From: a virus
Lineage: Duplodnaviria; Caudoviricetes
Length of the DNA: 47,631 nt
Strand: one strand, 5' to 3'
IMG/VR virus record: IMGVR_UViG_3300031924_000072
Coordinates: 1-47,631 of that record
Shown here: positions 47,318 to 47,631 of the stretch, in pieces
Position numbering within the stretch: the stretch's first letter is position 1
Layout of the letters: each line of letters starts with the position of its first letter
Translations under genes and position numbers: made by a program
The notes under the pieces: model-generated
Databases searched by the model: none
What the model was told of the DNA's origin: nothing
Seen by the model: the letters and a program-made list of their open reading frames with translations, nothing else

Positions 47318-47521
47318 CGGTGCATCAATGGCAATCGATTGTCACGAAAGGGTTTCTGCGTGTGCTCGGCTGGCGAAGTTCTGGCCGATTTTTTGAGAAC
47401 AGAGACCAGAAAAGAGTCAAACTTGGCGGGTCGGTGGGCGCTTTCTGGCCGGCGCGATATGGCCTGTGGCACACGCAAAATCGGCAGAATCCCCGCACAG
47501 TGTGGGGAAAGCACAGATGTG

Positions 47522-47550
47522 AAAAAGCCCAACCGAGAAGGGTTGGGCTT
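47522..47550 (-). terminator. Intrinsic terminator just inside the right prophage end
   Basis: Minus strand GCCCAACC-CTTCTC-GGTTGGGC followed by TTTTT. Confidence 0.7.
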
Positions 47551-47631
47551 AGAAATTGGTGGTGGAGTCTAGCAGCTCCGCAGACACACCTGCCTAAGGT
47601 GTGAGGTTGATTGTCCTGAAATTACCCCCCG

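Larger units (their letters stand above)
737..47596. mobile_element. Temperate prophage (lambda-like head, non-contractile tail, large serine integrase), ~46.9 kb
   Basis: Contiguous integration, replication, packaging, head, tail and lysis genes. Candidate 5-bp core GCCTA at 737-741 and 47592-47596; exact ends are inferred. Confidence 0.9.

Noticed and set aside
47557-47567. tmRNA/tRNA 3' end (CTCCACCA on the minus strand) followed by a terminator
   Set aside because: Only ~8 nt match and no T-arm upstream; at most a relic.
47605-47631. Start of another IS at the window edge
   Set aside because: Too short to assign.

Overview
The window is almost entirely one apparently complete ~46.9 kb temperate siphovirus-type prophage (about 737-47596), read mostly on the minus strand. 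It is inserted in a host surface-polysaccharide locus: it splits a PglD/NeuD-like acetyltransferase gene, and the neighbouring WbpM/CapD-like gene is cut by an IS21-type end. From right to left it carries: (1) a CapH/CapP-like HTH + IrrE/ImmA metallopeptidase pair divergent from an uncharacterised operon (411 aa, 343 aa Zn-ribbon/wHTH, DUF2188); (2) DUF2924 and a large serine recombinase; (3) an AbiL/RloAB-like ATPase + TOPRIM pair with a mini-WYL gene; (4) two excisionase-like HTH paralogues; (5) a replication module (AAA ATPase, SSB-like, SF2 helicase, PD-(D/E)XK nuclease, P4-type primase-helicase, RuvC-like); (6) a lambda-like cos site; (7) two ParB-fused DNA methyltransferases flanking an M15 endolysin; (8) a counter-oriented cluster of small genes; (9) lambda-like head genes; (10) tail genes, including a -1 frameshifted chaperone and two tandem RCC1/BLIP-II beta-propeller proteins; (11) a holin. 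The most notable signals are the CI-less CapH/CapP-type switch controlling an unknown gene pair, and a 31-bp motif (CTTGGCTT-N10-CAGCGCG-TNNAT) found five times just upstream of dispersed genes, including the integrase operon. Family assignments come from motif recognition by eye, not from database searches.
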